Positions 9,517-20,100 of a DNA stretch of 64,000 nucleotides are shown here, one piece after another. Source of the stretch: Epithemia pelagica. Lineage: Eukaryota; Protista; Bacillariophyta. The notes beneath the pieces were generated by a model, which saw only the letters and a list, made by a program, of their open reading frames with translations, was not told the DNA's origin and did no database searches. Positions within the stretch are counted from its first letter, which is position 1. Each line of letters opens with the position of its first letter. The translations under genes were made by a program, and so were the position numbers. The stretch is taken from NCBI GenBank assembly GCA_946965045.2, contig OX337229.1, positions 3,224,001 through 3,288,000 of the forward strand, written 5' to 3'.

Positions 9517-12500
9517 ATGGCTCAACCACGACCCACATGCCGATCGGGCAATACTGCACCTCCGCCGATCAAGAGAAACCACATGGAACGCAGGGCGATC
9601 CATCCCCTGGCCATGGAAACATTGCATGGACTACGAAAACCCAAACCAAACCAACCCGCCCCAAAGGACCGCCATGGTGCCACCGCCAGAACCCCGCTGG
9701 CCAAAAATCCAGCCCCCAACGGACAAACAACCCCCTACACAGCGAAAAATTCCCACCACAACGACACATACACAAGACCAGGAAAACAACACCAACCAGA
9801 GCCCGCCCCAAGGCCAGCCCACCAACCAACATACCTCCCAACAAACCAATCCGATACCACTTCGCGGAATGCAAGACACGACGACACCACCGAAAGCCAC
9901 CCTCTCCCACTCCCCGGCAAAGGACGCCAACCAACAACCACAACAATGACAAGAACACAGACAAGGACCACCGCTACCCAGACCGAAGCAGTCCCCCCTG
10001 GGACACTCGTCACCACCGGAGAACAGGACAACGCGGTACCCACAGCACCACCAACCGAAGAAAGACAGATGGCAATGATCCAACGTCAGAACCCAAGGGC
10101 AAGCCCAGACAGCGGGGCCAACAACAAGACAACCACACACACAAAAACAGGAAACAACAGTTTCCCCTCGGATCGTCTTCCAACTACAGCCAACAGCCTC
10201 AGCAGCCGTCACCACCGCCATCCAACCATGCAGGTCCACTCGAAGCCCTCCTCCGGCCGCCGCCACACCCGCGGCGCCAAATCCCAAGGACTCAAGCCAT
10301 TCCTCCACGACGAAACAACCACAGCCATCACCCCCGAACGCCGCTCCACCAACGACAAGAAAAACAAAACCAACGAAGAAAAAAACCACAAAAACAACGA
10401 ACCGAAGACCCACCCTGCCGAAAACCACCAAAACAAAAAACCAGAAAAAGATACCAAGAACACCACCCCCAAATCCGACCATCACCCAGAGCAGCAACCG
10501 AAATCTCACCACGAAACAGCTGAAAGTTACGACATCGACATGGCACCGACCAACGAGGCGGAAAACAACCTAGCGAATGCCACCAACAACCAAGACGACC
10601 ACCACCAGGACAACGACGACAACTTTGTCCCCAACCAGACCGAGACAACCGACGAAAAGACGACGCCGAACAAGGAACCCGACACCATCGATCAAGGCAC
10701 TCCCTCCAACCCGTATCGAAAACAGAAACAATCAAAACCACGAGCCGCATCACCCGAACCGGCAATCCTCATCCACCTGAACGTCATGGTCAACCATAAC
10801 CACAATCCACAGGTGGAATCTGCCCTGCCCCGTCTCACGGAGCAAGCACTCAAAGAACACTTGGACCAAGTCTTCTTCCATCACCAGAAACGCGAGGAAC
10901 CCATGTGGCTCCAAGTCCACAAGGCGGAATTCATCGAGACCAAGCAAGCCGGCCGGATGAACTACCGACAAAACCAGAACGACCAACGTCCACGAAACAA
11001 TGGCCACGTCTCTTCCTTCCACGTGACGCTATCCCTGGCACCAGCCAACGACGCCTTCGACACCGAAGTGTTCCAGGAACAAGGCTTACGTTTTGTTCTT
11101 CAAATGTGGCACTGCCACAAGAATGATGATTTTACCTTCGACGAATTCGGAGACCAAAGCGTACTCCGGAGCGGTACACCACAATCCAACCCAACCATCA
11201 ACCCGAGATGGGACCAAATCAATGTGTACCTCCCCGCCAACAACAACCGCACAAGTGAGACACATGGGATCGTGGTAGGAGTCCCAGCACAGTCGATCAA
11301 ACACCGACGTGCAGCGTACGACATGGCCGGAGCGATCCAACACTCCCTCCGAGCCCACCTCCCCCAGAAACTGAACTGGACAGACTTCTTTGACCACATC
11401 GGGATCCGCGCTGGGACCTTCAGTGGGGACCTAAAAAACAAACAGAGGGGTCAGGTCCCAGTAGTCTACATCACGGCCTCCTCCCGCCAAAACTTCGACG
11501 CATTACTCCGAAGCTACAATGCATTTGTCGCCGCCAACCGAGAGAGCGACGTCCTCTGGCACGACAACAAGTTGCAGATCATACCAATGCCCACCACACA
11601 ATCAAACCGAACCACAACCCTCGAGGCGCTCAAAGAAATCGACCAGTTCTTTGGCGCCAGCGTACGCATCAAACTCCGCCCGATTAACGAAGAAGCAACG
11701 GACGGAGAGTGGGCCATGCTACGACACATGGAGGAATTCGTGGCCATGTTTCCGGAATACGACAACTTGGATCCGGACCCAAGGTATTACACACTGGTGC
11801 TCCGCAGAACGCCGGACACCCACCACCTAACGACCAACACCATCAGACAACATCCTGGGTTTCCGGAAAACATCCTGCTACCCACCCTGGCAGCCGTGGC
11901 AGCAACCCCACCACGACCAACAAACAACAATCAAGAAACTCCAACGTCGTCCAGTCACACCAACAGACTGCTGGCATTCACCGACCGACTTCTTCGTCGC
12001 AACAACAATACCCAAACGAACTCAGGCGGAACCCCCAGAGCACGAACCAGCCCCCCAGGAACTCCTCCGCCGAACAAACGACAGGCAAACCACCACAACC
12101 ACAACGACGAAGACGACAGTGATCCATACGATGATGGAACGGATTGGACCAAGGTGGCGTCCAGCCCCCACCGCCACCCACACCCAGCACCAAACGAAAT
12201 AGAGGACGGCAAACCACCGGCAAGACACAACAGCTTTGCCCCCCTCGACGACGAAAACCACGCCAACATCAACAACAAACGGAACCATGAGGAAGACGAC
12301 GACAACATGATGGAAACAGAAGAAGAGGAGGAACATTCCCAGTCCCTCATCCCCCCCGACGAACCAGAAGAAGAAACGACAGAGCAGTATTACTCCGCCG
12401 CAACAGGACACGAGATTGAACTCATCCTTCAATATGTCCGGCACAACAAACCATCTCGCATAACCGAAATGCAAAAATACCTTCAAGACACAACGTCATT

Positions 12501-12636
12501 CTCGAATGACACCGACGCGCAAGACGCTTGGCGCTACGCTCAGTCACTGGTCCAGACGAGCAGCCCAAGCGTCGCCGACTCACGCACCGGCCATGTGGTC
12601 CCGCATGCAAAATGGGCCAATCAACAAAATGAGTAA
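9517..12636 (+). CDS. Retrotransposon ORF1 (1039 aa from ATG 9517; low-complexity ends, globular core)
   Basis: Frame open from 9334 to TAA 12634-12636; ATG 9517 in gccATGG context; lies directly upstream of and overlaps the RT ORF. Confidence 0.75.
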   Translation: MAQPRPTCRSGNTAPPPIKRNHMERRAIHPLAMETLHGLRKPKPNQPAPKDRHGATARTPLAKNPAPNGQTTPYTAKNSHHNDTYTRPGKQHQPEPAPRPAHQPTYLPTNQSDTTSRNARHDDTTESHPLPLPGKGRQPTTTTMTRTQTRTTATQTEAVPPGTLVTTGEQDNAVPTAPPTEERQMAMIQRQNPRASPDSGANNKTTTHTKTGNNSFPSDRLPTTANSLSSRHHRHPTMQVHSKPSSGRRHTRGAKSQGLKPFLHDETTTAITPERRSTNDKKNKTNEEKNHKNNEPKTHPAENHQNKKPEKDTKNTTPKSDHHPEQQPKSHHETAESYDIDMAPTNEAENNLANATNNQDDHHQDNDDNFVPNQTETTDEKTTPNKEPDTIDQGTPSNPYRKQKQSKPRAASPEPAILIHLNVMVNHNHNPQVESALPRLTEQALKEHLDQVFFHHQKREEPMWLQVHKAEFIETKQAGRMNYRQNQNDQRPRNNGHVSSFHVTLSLAPANDAFDTEVFQEQGLRFVLQMWHCHKNDDFTFDEFGDQSVLRSGTPQSNPTINPRWDQINVYLPANNNRTSETHGIVVGVPAQSIKHRRAAYDMAGAIQHSLRAHLPQKLNWTDFFDHIGIRAGTFSGDLKNKQRGQVPVVYITASSRQNFDALLRSYNAFVAANRESDVLWHDNKLQIIPMPTTQSNRTTTLEALKEIDQFFGASVRIKLRPINEEATDGEWAMLRHMEEFVAMFPEYDNLDPDPRYYTLVLRRTPDTHHLTTNTIRQHPGFPENILLPTLAAVAATPPRPTNNNQETPTSSSHTNRLLAFTDRLLRRNNNTQTNSGGTPRARTSPPGTPPPNKRQANHHNHNDEDDSDPYDDGTDWTKVASSPHRHPHPAPNEIEDGKPPARHNSFAPLDDENHANINNKRNHEEDDDNMMETEEEEEHSQSLIPPDEPEEETTEQYYSAATGHEIELILQYVRHNKPSRITEMQKYLQDTTSFSNDTDAQDAWRYAQSLVQTSSPSVADSRTGHVVPHAKWANQQNE

Positions 12637-15600
12637 CCAAGAGAAAACACCGCCGAGACACTGCCCGGTACCCGATTGCCCGTGGAAAGTGCCTCACAAC
12701 AACAGCAAGCCACATGCCTCCCTCAAGGAGCATCTAATCACCGAACATAGCGAAACCAACCCAAGCGACTACATGACGACAAAATTCTGCACAACACATG
12801 GCTTCCACGTGTGCCAATTATGCGACACTCCAACCGCAATTTTCACCACACCAGGCCATCTAAGACAACACGTAACAAAAAAGCATAATAGAACGAAAAC
12901 AAACATGCAACTAGTATCTACTACATACAGGCATGCAACACCCGACATCGAGGCCAACTGGAAGAAAAGCCTGGCGTATCTTCAACAACTCCAACCAACG
13001 CCACCGCCCTTCAGAAGGTCCGTATGGCACAAGACAAAGCCCCCCCTGCGGGCAGAATTCTTTGTGACATACAACAACATCATCAACTGGATCCTGGAAT
13101 CCACACCAACATTGGCGCCATCCATCCTCAAAACGACAAGCCTCCCCAAACACGAAACAGATTCGAGCCCGTTCTGGAAACTCCTTTTGTTGTTGGAACC
13201 GCTACTCTTGGCGCCAATCAAAAACACTGTTCACCAGACCTACTCCAACGCATTCCGACACAGACTGTCGCTCCTCAAATCAGGACGCATCGAAGAACTG
13301 CACAAAACAACATGGGATCCAACCCCTCTCCCGAACAAACCAAGATACAACAAGAAAAAAGAGAAACAACGTCAGCATCAACAACAACTGCAGACAAACG
13401 AAAAACAACTGCCATCATGGCGCCTCTCAGCAGCCCAACAGGCGGCAAACCTTGGAAACTATCGAGCGGCACTGAAGAGAATAACAACCAACACTCCAAC
13501 GACAACCCTGACTCCCCCAAGAATAGCAAGATGCCAGCAAGAACTCTTCCCGACAAGACGACAACCTCCACCAGGAACAAGAGCACAAGGACAAACAAAC
13601 CTTCCACCTCCGGCAAACCAATACCTGAAACTCACGGACAAAATGACAGAACTGGCGCTCCGACAAATGAAGCCAGGAACGGCATCCGGACCATTCGCCT
13701 CCTGTACCGACGTACTGGCAGCAATGGCGCTCCACCGAACAACCAAAGCCAAAGACGCCACAAAGCCATACTTCGGCAACGTCAGAGCTCTCCTCCAACT
13801 GGTGGTGACCGCCCAAGTCCCACCACAAATCCAAACAATGTTGTCCAGCAATTATTTCCTGGCATTGCATAAAGACATCAGCAACCCAGAAAAATTACGA
13901 CCGATTGGAATAGGAACGGCAATCCGAAGAGTGGCTGCCAAAACAGCCTTGGTCCATGTAACGGACGATATCACGCCCTTGTTGTTAAAGGGCGGACAAT
14001 ATGGGATCCAAATCCCAGGCGGCGTCGACTTTGTCGCCCAAACCACGGCCATGGCTGTACGAGAATTTTTAGACAAACAGGACAACAACACAGAAAAGTC
14101 AGAGAACAACCACACAGAAAACGAACACAATCAACCAACCAGAGCGTTGATATTGCTTGATTTAACAAACATGTTTAACAACGTCTCAAGAACAGAAGCT
14201 CGCAAAATTCTGCTTTCCGACGAAGCAACAAGTCCCCTCCTCCCTTTGTTCGACCTCTTAACAAGTCACCCCTGCAACTCGTGGTACTTCAACGAAAACA
14301 AAGAACCTCACCACCTCAAACAAGACGAGGGATTCCCACAAGGATGTCCACTCAGCCCCCTCTTCTCGTGCCTAGTGCTTCTGGCACTCACGAACCGGAT
14401 AAACAAGGAACAAGCTCAACGAGCAGCAACAAGAAAAAGGTCAGGAGACACTGGCGACGACGGAAGAGGCGGAAAAGCCCATACAGCATCGATCATGGAC
14501 GATACGTCCGTTTGCTTACCGCATTGCGACCTGACATGGTTCCTCCACCGCTTCAAGGAACTAGGCGAACCGCTAGGAATCATCATGAACCATTCGAAGA
14601 CAAAAATCCTCACAACAACAACAAACAAACCGTCTGCAGAGACACTGTCGCCACAGGCACAGCAACACATCCAAGAAGCCCTCTCCTTCCTCGCACCCCA
14701 AGCGCCGGACACTGCCGAAATAACAACGGGCGTTCGCTTCCTCGGACAGCCGGTTGGATCAAAGAAATTCGCCCAAGAATACATCAACCAAAGGTTAGAC
14801 AAGATGAACGACACAATGAATCAAATCAACCAACTCCACAACCTCCAAACTCAACATACATGGTTCAAATACTCACTGGTAGCGTCCATCATGCACCTCT
14901 TGCCATCGGACATTACCCTTGCCAATCCAGCCACGGATCCAAGATCCACCCTGTGGTCAAGTGAGACAACAAGAAAAACAGACCAACTGACAAAACGGTT
15001 CCTCGCCATGCTTACCTCCCTCGGAGAGGACGACATCAGCGAAACATCAACAATCATTGCCGCGTTACCTCAAAGGTTAGGAGGACTTGGCTACCAAATG
15101 GCAGCGGCCGCTGCATATCCCCGATTTCTCACACAAATGGTCAGAGCGATTAACCTTGCATCCTCCAAAGCGACACTAATACCAGACGTCCACAGCCGTC
15201 ACTTCCACAAATGGACCGAAGCAACAACTCCAACAATGGTGAAATTCCGCAAAGGATTATCCCTTTTTGCCCATGAACACACCAAAGAAGCCCTGTTTAC
15301 TCCAAGTAGATACGACAGACAAACCCGCCACAATTTAATGAATCATATCATGAGAGAGCATGTGGTCGAGCGGCTGTTCCATGTTACGGCCCCAGACCAA
15401 CGCATTTTCCTACCTTCCCTCCTTTTGCCCCTAACAAGCATGGCTTTCGCGCTGCCACTGACAGCCAGCGAATTCCGACTCCAGAACCCAGTCTTCAAAA
15501 CTGCTCTTAAGAGAAAGCTCCGACTCCCATTGTTCCCCCCCGACCCAAACAAACCATCACCAAGAATTTGCAAATGCACCGCAAAAAAACCACTCGACGT

Positions 15601-16522
15601 GCAAGGCGACCACTTGTTTTCTTGCAGTGCCGCCTCGAAAACGCCCTTGTCGAACGCAATTCGGGACACCTTGTTCGATGTCCTCCGACAAATCGCCCCG
15701 GCAGCAAAAGCAGTCGAAACAACCCACGACGTCCATATAGAGCCGCCAGGGCTCGCGCCACAACATAGTCGCAACATCCGACCAGCCGACGTCGGAATGT
15801 TGTTGCGCCAACCCCATCAAAACCAACCGTTCCAATATGCAGCCATTGACCTTACAATTCCGCCACCGCAAAAGCCTCTGCCCCTAACTGACCCGTCTGA
15901 CCATCAAACAATAGCCACTTTGGCCTCCAAGACGCATCAGGAAGCGGCACGCGAAAAATTCTGTCGGGATCCCAACACAGCAAGACACCTCTTCCATAAC
16001 GGGGTATACCTACTCCCGTTCACAGTAGACCACCTCGGCGGGATAGGTTCATTCGCAGAACATTTGCTCTTTTCCAGCGACCACCAGCCTCACCTCTTTC
16101 ATCCAGGACAACCGCCTCCTTGGCACGACCCCCATTTCGGAAAAGACGCTAAACGTAGCAGCGCCCATCCACAAGCATTCGCTCTTTACCAGGAGACACC
16201 ACACGCTCCATCCAATCTCCTCTCAGCAGCCAACAAAGAAACCAAGAAGTTTTGCTACCCCGAAGCCCACATCTACTCTCTGGGTCATTTCGCGAAGGCA
16301 TCTCTCAGCCACGCTATCGTATCAAGCCTTGCAATCCATGTCAACAATCACATGGCGGCCATCAACCATTTTCACACCACCAAACAGAAACGACAAACAC
16401 AGTTACGAAATCTTTCACGGCCACAGTATGTGCCGATTACTCCCATCTACTCCCCGGCCCCAATGGTCCACTACCTGCCAACCACGGCAACTGCCCCACT
16501 TCTATGCGATCTCCACGCCTAG
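12629..16522 (+). CDS. Retrotransposon ORF2: 2x C2H2 zinc finger, reverse transcriptase, CCHC, restriction-like endonuclease (1297 aa)
   Basis: CPVPDC..HLITEH and CQLC..HVTKKH; LRPIGIG, QYGIQIPGG, LDLTNMFNNVSR, GFPQGCPLSP, IMDD, NHSKT, RFLGQPVG, LPQRLGGLG; CKC..DVQGDHLFSC; RPADV..AAIDLT. Confidence 0.93.
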   Translation: MSNQEKTPPRHCPVPDCPWKVPHNNSKPHASLKEHLITEHSETNPSDYMTTKFCTTHGFHVCQLCDTPTAIFTTPGHLRQHVTKKHNRTKTNMQLVSTTYRHATPDIEANWKKSLAYLQQLQPTPPPFRRSVWHKTKPPLRAEFFVTYNNIINWILESTPTLAPSILKTTSLPKHETDSSPFWKLLLLLEPLLLAPIKNTVHQTYSNAFRHRLSLLKSGRIEELHKTTWDPTPLPNKPRYNKKKEKQRQHQQQLQTNEKQLPSWRLSAAQQAANLGNYRAALKRITTNTPTTTLTPPRIARCQQELFPTRRQPPPGTRAQGQTNLPPPANQYLKLTDKMTELALRQMKPGTASGPFASCTDVLAAMALHRTTKAKDATKPYFGNVRALLQLVVTAQVPPQIQTMLSSNYFLALHKDISNPEKLRPIGIGTAIRRVAAKTALVHVTDDITPLLLKGGQYGIQIPGGVDFVAQTTAMAVREFLDKQDNNTEKSENNHTENEHNQPTRALILLDLTNMFNNVSRTEARKILLSDEATSPLLPLFDLLTSHPCNSWYFNENKEPHHLKQDEGFPQGCPLSPLFSCLVLLALTNRINKEQAQRAATRKRSGDTGDDGRGGKAHTASIMDDTSVCLPHCDLTWFLHRFKELGEPLGIIMNHSKTKILTTTTNKPSAETLSPQAQQHIQEALSFLAPQAPDTAEITTGVRFLGQPVGSKKFAQEYINQRLDKMNDTMNQINQLHNLQTQHTWFKYSLVASIMHLLPSDITLANPATDPRSTLWSSETTRKTDQLTKRFLAMLTSLGEDDISETSTIIAALPQRLGGLGYQMAAAAAYPRFLTQMVRAINLASSKATLIPDVHSRHFHKWTEATTPTMVKFRKGLSLFAHEHTKEALFTPSRYDRQTRHNLMNHIMREHVVERLFHVTAPDQRIFLPSLLLPLTSMAFALPLTASEFRLQNPVFKTALKRKLRLPLFPPDPNKPSPRICKCTAKKPLDVQGDHLFSCSAASKTPLSNAIRDTLFDVLRQIAPAAKAVETTHDVHIEPPGLAPQHSRNIRPADVGMLLRQPHQNQPFQYAAIDLTIPPPQKPLPLTDPSDHQTIATLASKTHQEAAREKFCRDPNTARHLFHNGVYLLPFTVDHLGGIGSFAEHLLFSSDHQPHLFHPGQPPPWHDPHFGKDAKRSSAHPQAFALYQETPHAPSNLLSAANKETKKFCYPEAHIYSLGHFAKASLSHAIVSSLAIHVNNHMAAINHFHTTKQKRQTQLRNLSRPQYVPITPIYSPAPMVHYLPTTATAPLLCDLHA

Positions 16523-16569
16523 AAGTACCCTATAACACTAGAGAGTAAAACTAAAACCAAAAAAAGAGG

Positions 16570-17106
16570 TTGAAACACAACAAACCCAATGACTGGCTTG
16601 GATGGAAAGAGAACATATTCGCTTTGGAAGTCCAACAACCGTGGTCCGAATTGATTCTGTCGGGCTCGAAAACAATTGAAGTACGGACGTATCCTTTACC
16701 GCCTGACTTGGTGAGGCAGAAACTTTGGATCTTGCAATCACCATCAAATTCTAAGGAGGGCGTTAGTTCTCTTGGCAATGTAATTGAAACGGCAAGTATA
16801 GATACTTCGACTTTGGATCAAGACTTTGAAGAAAATCGTCCAAAACTAGTGGGATGGATGATCATATCCTCAGTCAAGGTTTATAGAAATGCTGAATCGT
16901 TCCACAACGAAGAAAAAATGCATCTTGTGCCCAAAGAGAGCGTTCATAGTTGGTGGTCGGCTTCGACACAAACGCAACCTGTTGTTGTACACGGCTGGTG
17001 CATTGATCATGTTGTCGTTCAAGGTCTATCCAATTTGCACTGTACAACTCTGGTTCGACGGAAAAGGTCCCTCTTTGAGATACGAGAACACAAGACTGGT
17101 GGATGA
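16570..17106 (+). pseudogene. ASCH/PUA-like domain gene lacking an in-frame ATG; 5' end probably at ATG 9310, separated by the retrotransposon
   Basis: FALEVQQPWSELILSGSKTIEVRTYP matches the ASCH N-terminal motif. In-frame TAA at 16552-16554 and no ATG before the domain. Confidence 0.7.
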
Positions 17107-17115
17107 TTAACCGTC

Positions 17116-20100
17116 CTACACAGACCGAGAACAATGGATTGAAATGCGACGTGATTCTGGTGCAACGTGCAGCTCCCATTCGATTCCGCGAGTGTCGCGG
17201 CAACCGGGCTTCGTTTCAAAGACAAATAAGCCTTCATCAACCAGCGGAGGCAACTCAACAGTTCCATGGAATCGTCCGTCCGCGAGCAAATCGAAATTAC
17301 TGTATGGTCTGGTGAACTGAGGGAGGCGCGATTCAACAGCTTCTCTCGAAACGAGTACCTCTTCAGCTCCAGCGGTGGTCGCCGGAGCATCGTCGTCGGA
17401 TGCCAGTACGTAAAGTATATGACACCACAACACGACGGCCGTGATTGGATATCGGGCCTTCTTCATAATCTGAGTTGGAATTTGTCCATGAACGTAAAGT
17501 GTAGAAGATATTGAAGGATGGCTCTCAATTCGATCCAGGTGATTTGCAGTAGACTTGGCACCATATTCAAAAACTTCAGATGCAAGAGGAGTCAAGTGAA
17601 GCTCAGCCAAGGGAATCGATCGAGGAGAATAAAAGTCTCGTGGAAACGGACATGGTACCATTAGTACAGCGTCTAACAGCTCCAACATTGCTGCCGCTCG
17701 AACCAGAGGCTCCATTGTATCCTTCATAGCCGGAATCACGTGACACTTCAACTCGTAGATAAGCTTGTTAACGAGCAAAGATGAGTCTGTGTTTCTTTCC
17801 CTCCTCGGACTTTCTTTATCCGCTTTGTTAGATTTGGACAACGATGTCGAGCTAAAAACCTCGTCAAAGGCGACCTCCGTGGACTTGGCTAGAAACACGC
17901 AAAGATCCCTTTGCGCAAGAAGACATGTTGTCGACATGCCACTTTGGAATTGTACACCATATTGTTGATTTAATTCTTGGTACCTGTTGGCCAATGAGTA
18001 CAAGTTCCGTACCGCACCCATAAGATGCTGGAAGTGACGAGTGTTCTTGGGTGGAACGGAGCCAGTAAGTCTGGTCTCTCTCGTAAGGTGTCGAACGACA
18101 GTAATCAAGTCAAGTTGGTCAAGTCGTAAAAGTAAGTACCGTGACTGAAACGCGTAGGAAACCCTCTCGCCGTCACATTCCAGGAATGAGATGGTGTGAT
18201 GAATATGGTGAATATAAGAAAGCGCTGTATGAAGATGGCAGCTTGCCTCGGGCATTGCTGTAGATGCCTCCACAGCGAGAAGACTTTCCGCACACGCTAC
18301 ATGTTCCAGCGCAGAAATCCAAAGCATGTGATCCTCGTTCAATGAGTTGCGTGTAACGAGGTTAGCAAACCCCTGTTTGGCAAAACTGAAATCGCCGACC
18401 GTCATGGCGAAGCAGGCCAATCTATAGAGATCCCACAATGTTCCACCCTTTACAGCTATGTATTCCAAATGGCTCTTGGATTTGCTATCCACGTTTCCGG
18501 GGCTCACAAAGTAGTGAGTCTGACGAGCTGTCAAAGCAGAAGAAACCATGTCCATAACCAGAGGAGAGCCTGGTTCGGCCAGTTCCATTTGCTCTTGGAT
18601 GCCCTCGTCGTTCTTCAACAGGACAGGTGGATGGTTGGTACAAATCGCTGACAGAAGCCGACTTGCTGGTCGACGGAGAACGGCACCTGACTCTTGGTTC
18701 AATAGACACTCATAAAGTTGCCTCGTAAATTCGGTCGATCTGGGTACAACAATTTGCACGAGTCGATGCAAACCGTCAAGTAATAGTTCATCGTTTAGAC
18801 TCCTCTTTATTGTTTCCAACAAAACTCCAGAATGGGGCACCGGATCAACACTGCTCGCAAAAGCTGTTTCCAAAAGACGCACAGCTTCTGTGCGAATGAT
18901 GGTTACCGGATGCCGCAATAAAAGTAGCACACAATCTACCAGAGTTCCGACCGTATCCTCGTCCAAGTCTTGTCGCTTACTAACCAGAAGCACGTGACGC
19001 GCCGTAAACAAGAGAGCCATTAGGAGAGACGGAGCGGCCGGATGTTCCTTGTCGGGCTCCTCTTGTTCGTCCTTCGTCCATGCATCAATCTGCCACTCAA
19101 TCGTATCAGAAAGCGATGTCAAGGCCATCGCAGCTAAATAGGAACCACTACGGACCACCGTGGCCGCAAGTAGCTGGCCGCAAATAGCGTGAGAGCAAAA
19201 CTGTTCTGTGGAATCCTGATCATTTGACAGCCAAAAATCCGTCACAGGCGTGATTGACAAAGGCTCCTTCAGTCGAGTGTACTTGGCTGGGTTTTCCACA
19301 ATTCGATGAAGAATAATTTTCCAAGTTTGTGCAATCAGAGGAAGGTGTTTGGTTTGGGTAGACAGTGCCACCAAGGCTGCGTAGGCAGTATGCGAGTCTT
19401 GGGGTGTCAGGGCCGACGATTTGGCAAACTGTAAAAGACTGCTTTGTAAGTGTGGGAGTGCTCCCATCAGCAAGGGTCCGGTGGGAGAAACATCGTAGTC
19501 TCCGTCCAGCGACAGGCACGGGAGAACCACTGCTTGCTGTTGGGCAATCAAACGAACCAATTCCATACGATGGCCATAGTGGACATGAAATTCGGGCGCC
19601 ATCACATGTCTCATCAGTTGTTGTGCTTTTCTTGTTAAGTTATTACTGTTGTTGTCCTTTCTGTCTGTGTCCACATCGGGTTGAGGGCAAATGACCATGG
19701 CAATCAAATGCAAAAGGTCTACTTGTTCACGATCGATAGGACGAGCCACCAAGAGAGGCAACAAGCCCTGATACATGAAATCCTGGTAAGCCAATTCAAA
19801 TCTAGTATCTGTCAATACATCCATTTCCATTCCACACTCTTTTCTAATTTTGGAAACTGTTGATAATTGGTCCAACCGATCTACAAGCGACATGTTGAGA
19901 ACGCATTCCACAGGGTCAAACTTGGTCTTTGTCGTGTCACTGGAGATTGTCATTGCAGGATTAGAGGATGGAAAAAAGTCTGATTCTCGGTTCACATTGC
20001 CCAGCAAACGCTGTTCGTTGCCCGTGGAGTAGGGCAGTAAAAAGCCCAAAAAGAGAATGGAGCTGAGATGGAGGACTTCTTGATACTGCTCCTCGGTCAA

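Larger units (their letters stand above)
9375..16565 (+). mobile_element. Non-LTR retrotransposon, CRE-like (RLE-encoding), two ORFs, apparently full length; 5' boundary uncertain (9326 or 9375)
   Basis: Two long uninterrupted ORFs with a sharply A/C-rich plus strand. ORF2 has C2H2 fingers, RT, CCHC and RPAD...D endonuclease motifs. Short 3' UTR ending (TAAAAC)2-C-A7, followed by GAGGT, which also occurs at 9370-9374. Confidence 0.88.

Noticed and set aside
9196-14900. Long antisense and alternative-frame ORFs within the retrotransposon (for example 9631-10512, 9537-10523, 13024-13872)
   Set aside because: Expected from extreme A/C strand bias, which depletes stop codons; translations are low-complexity.
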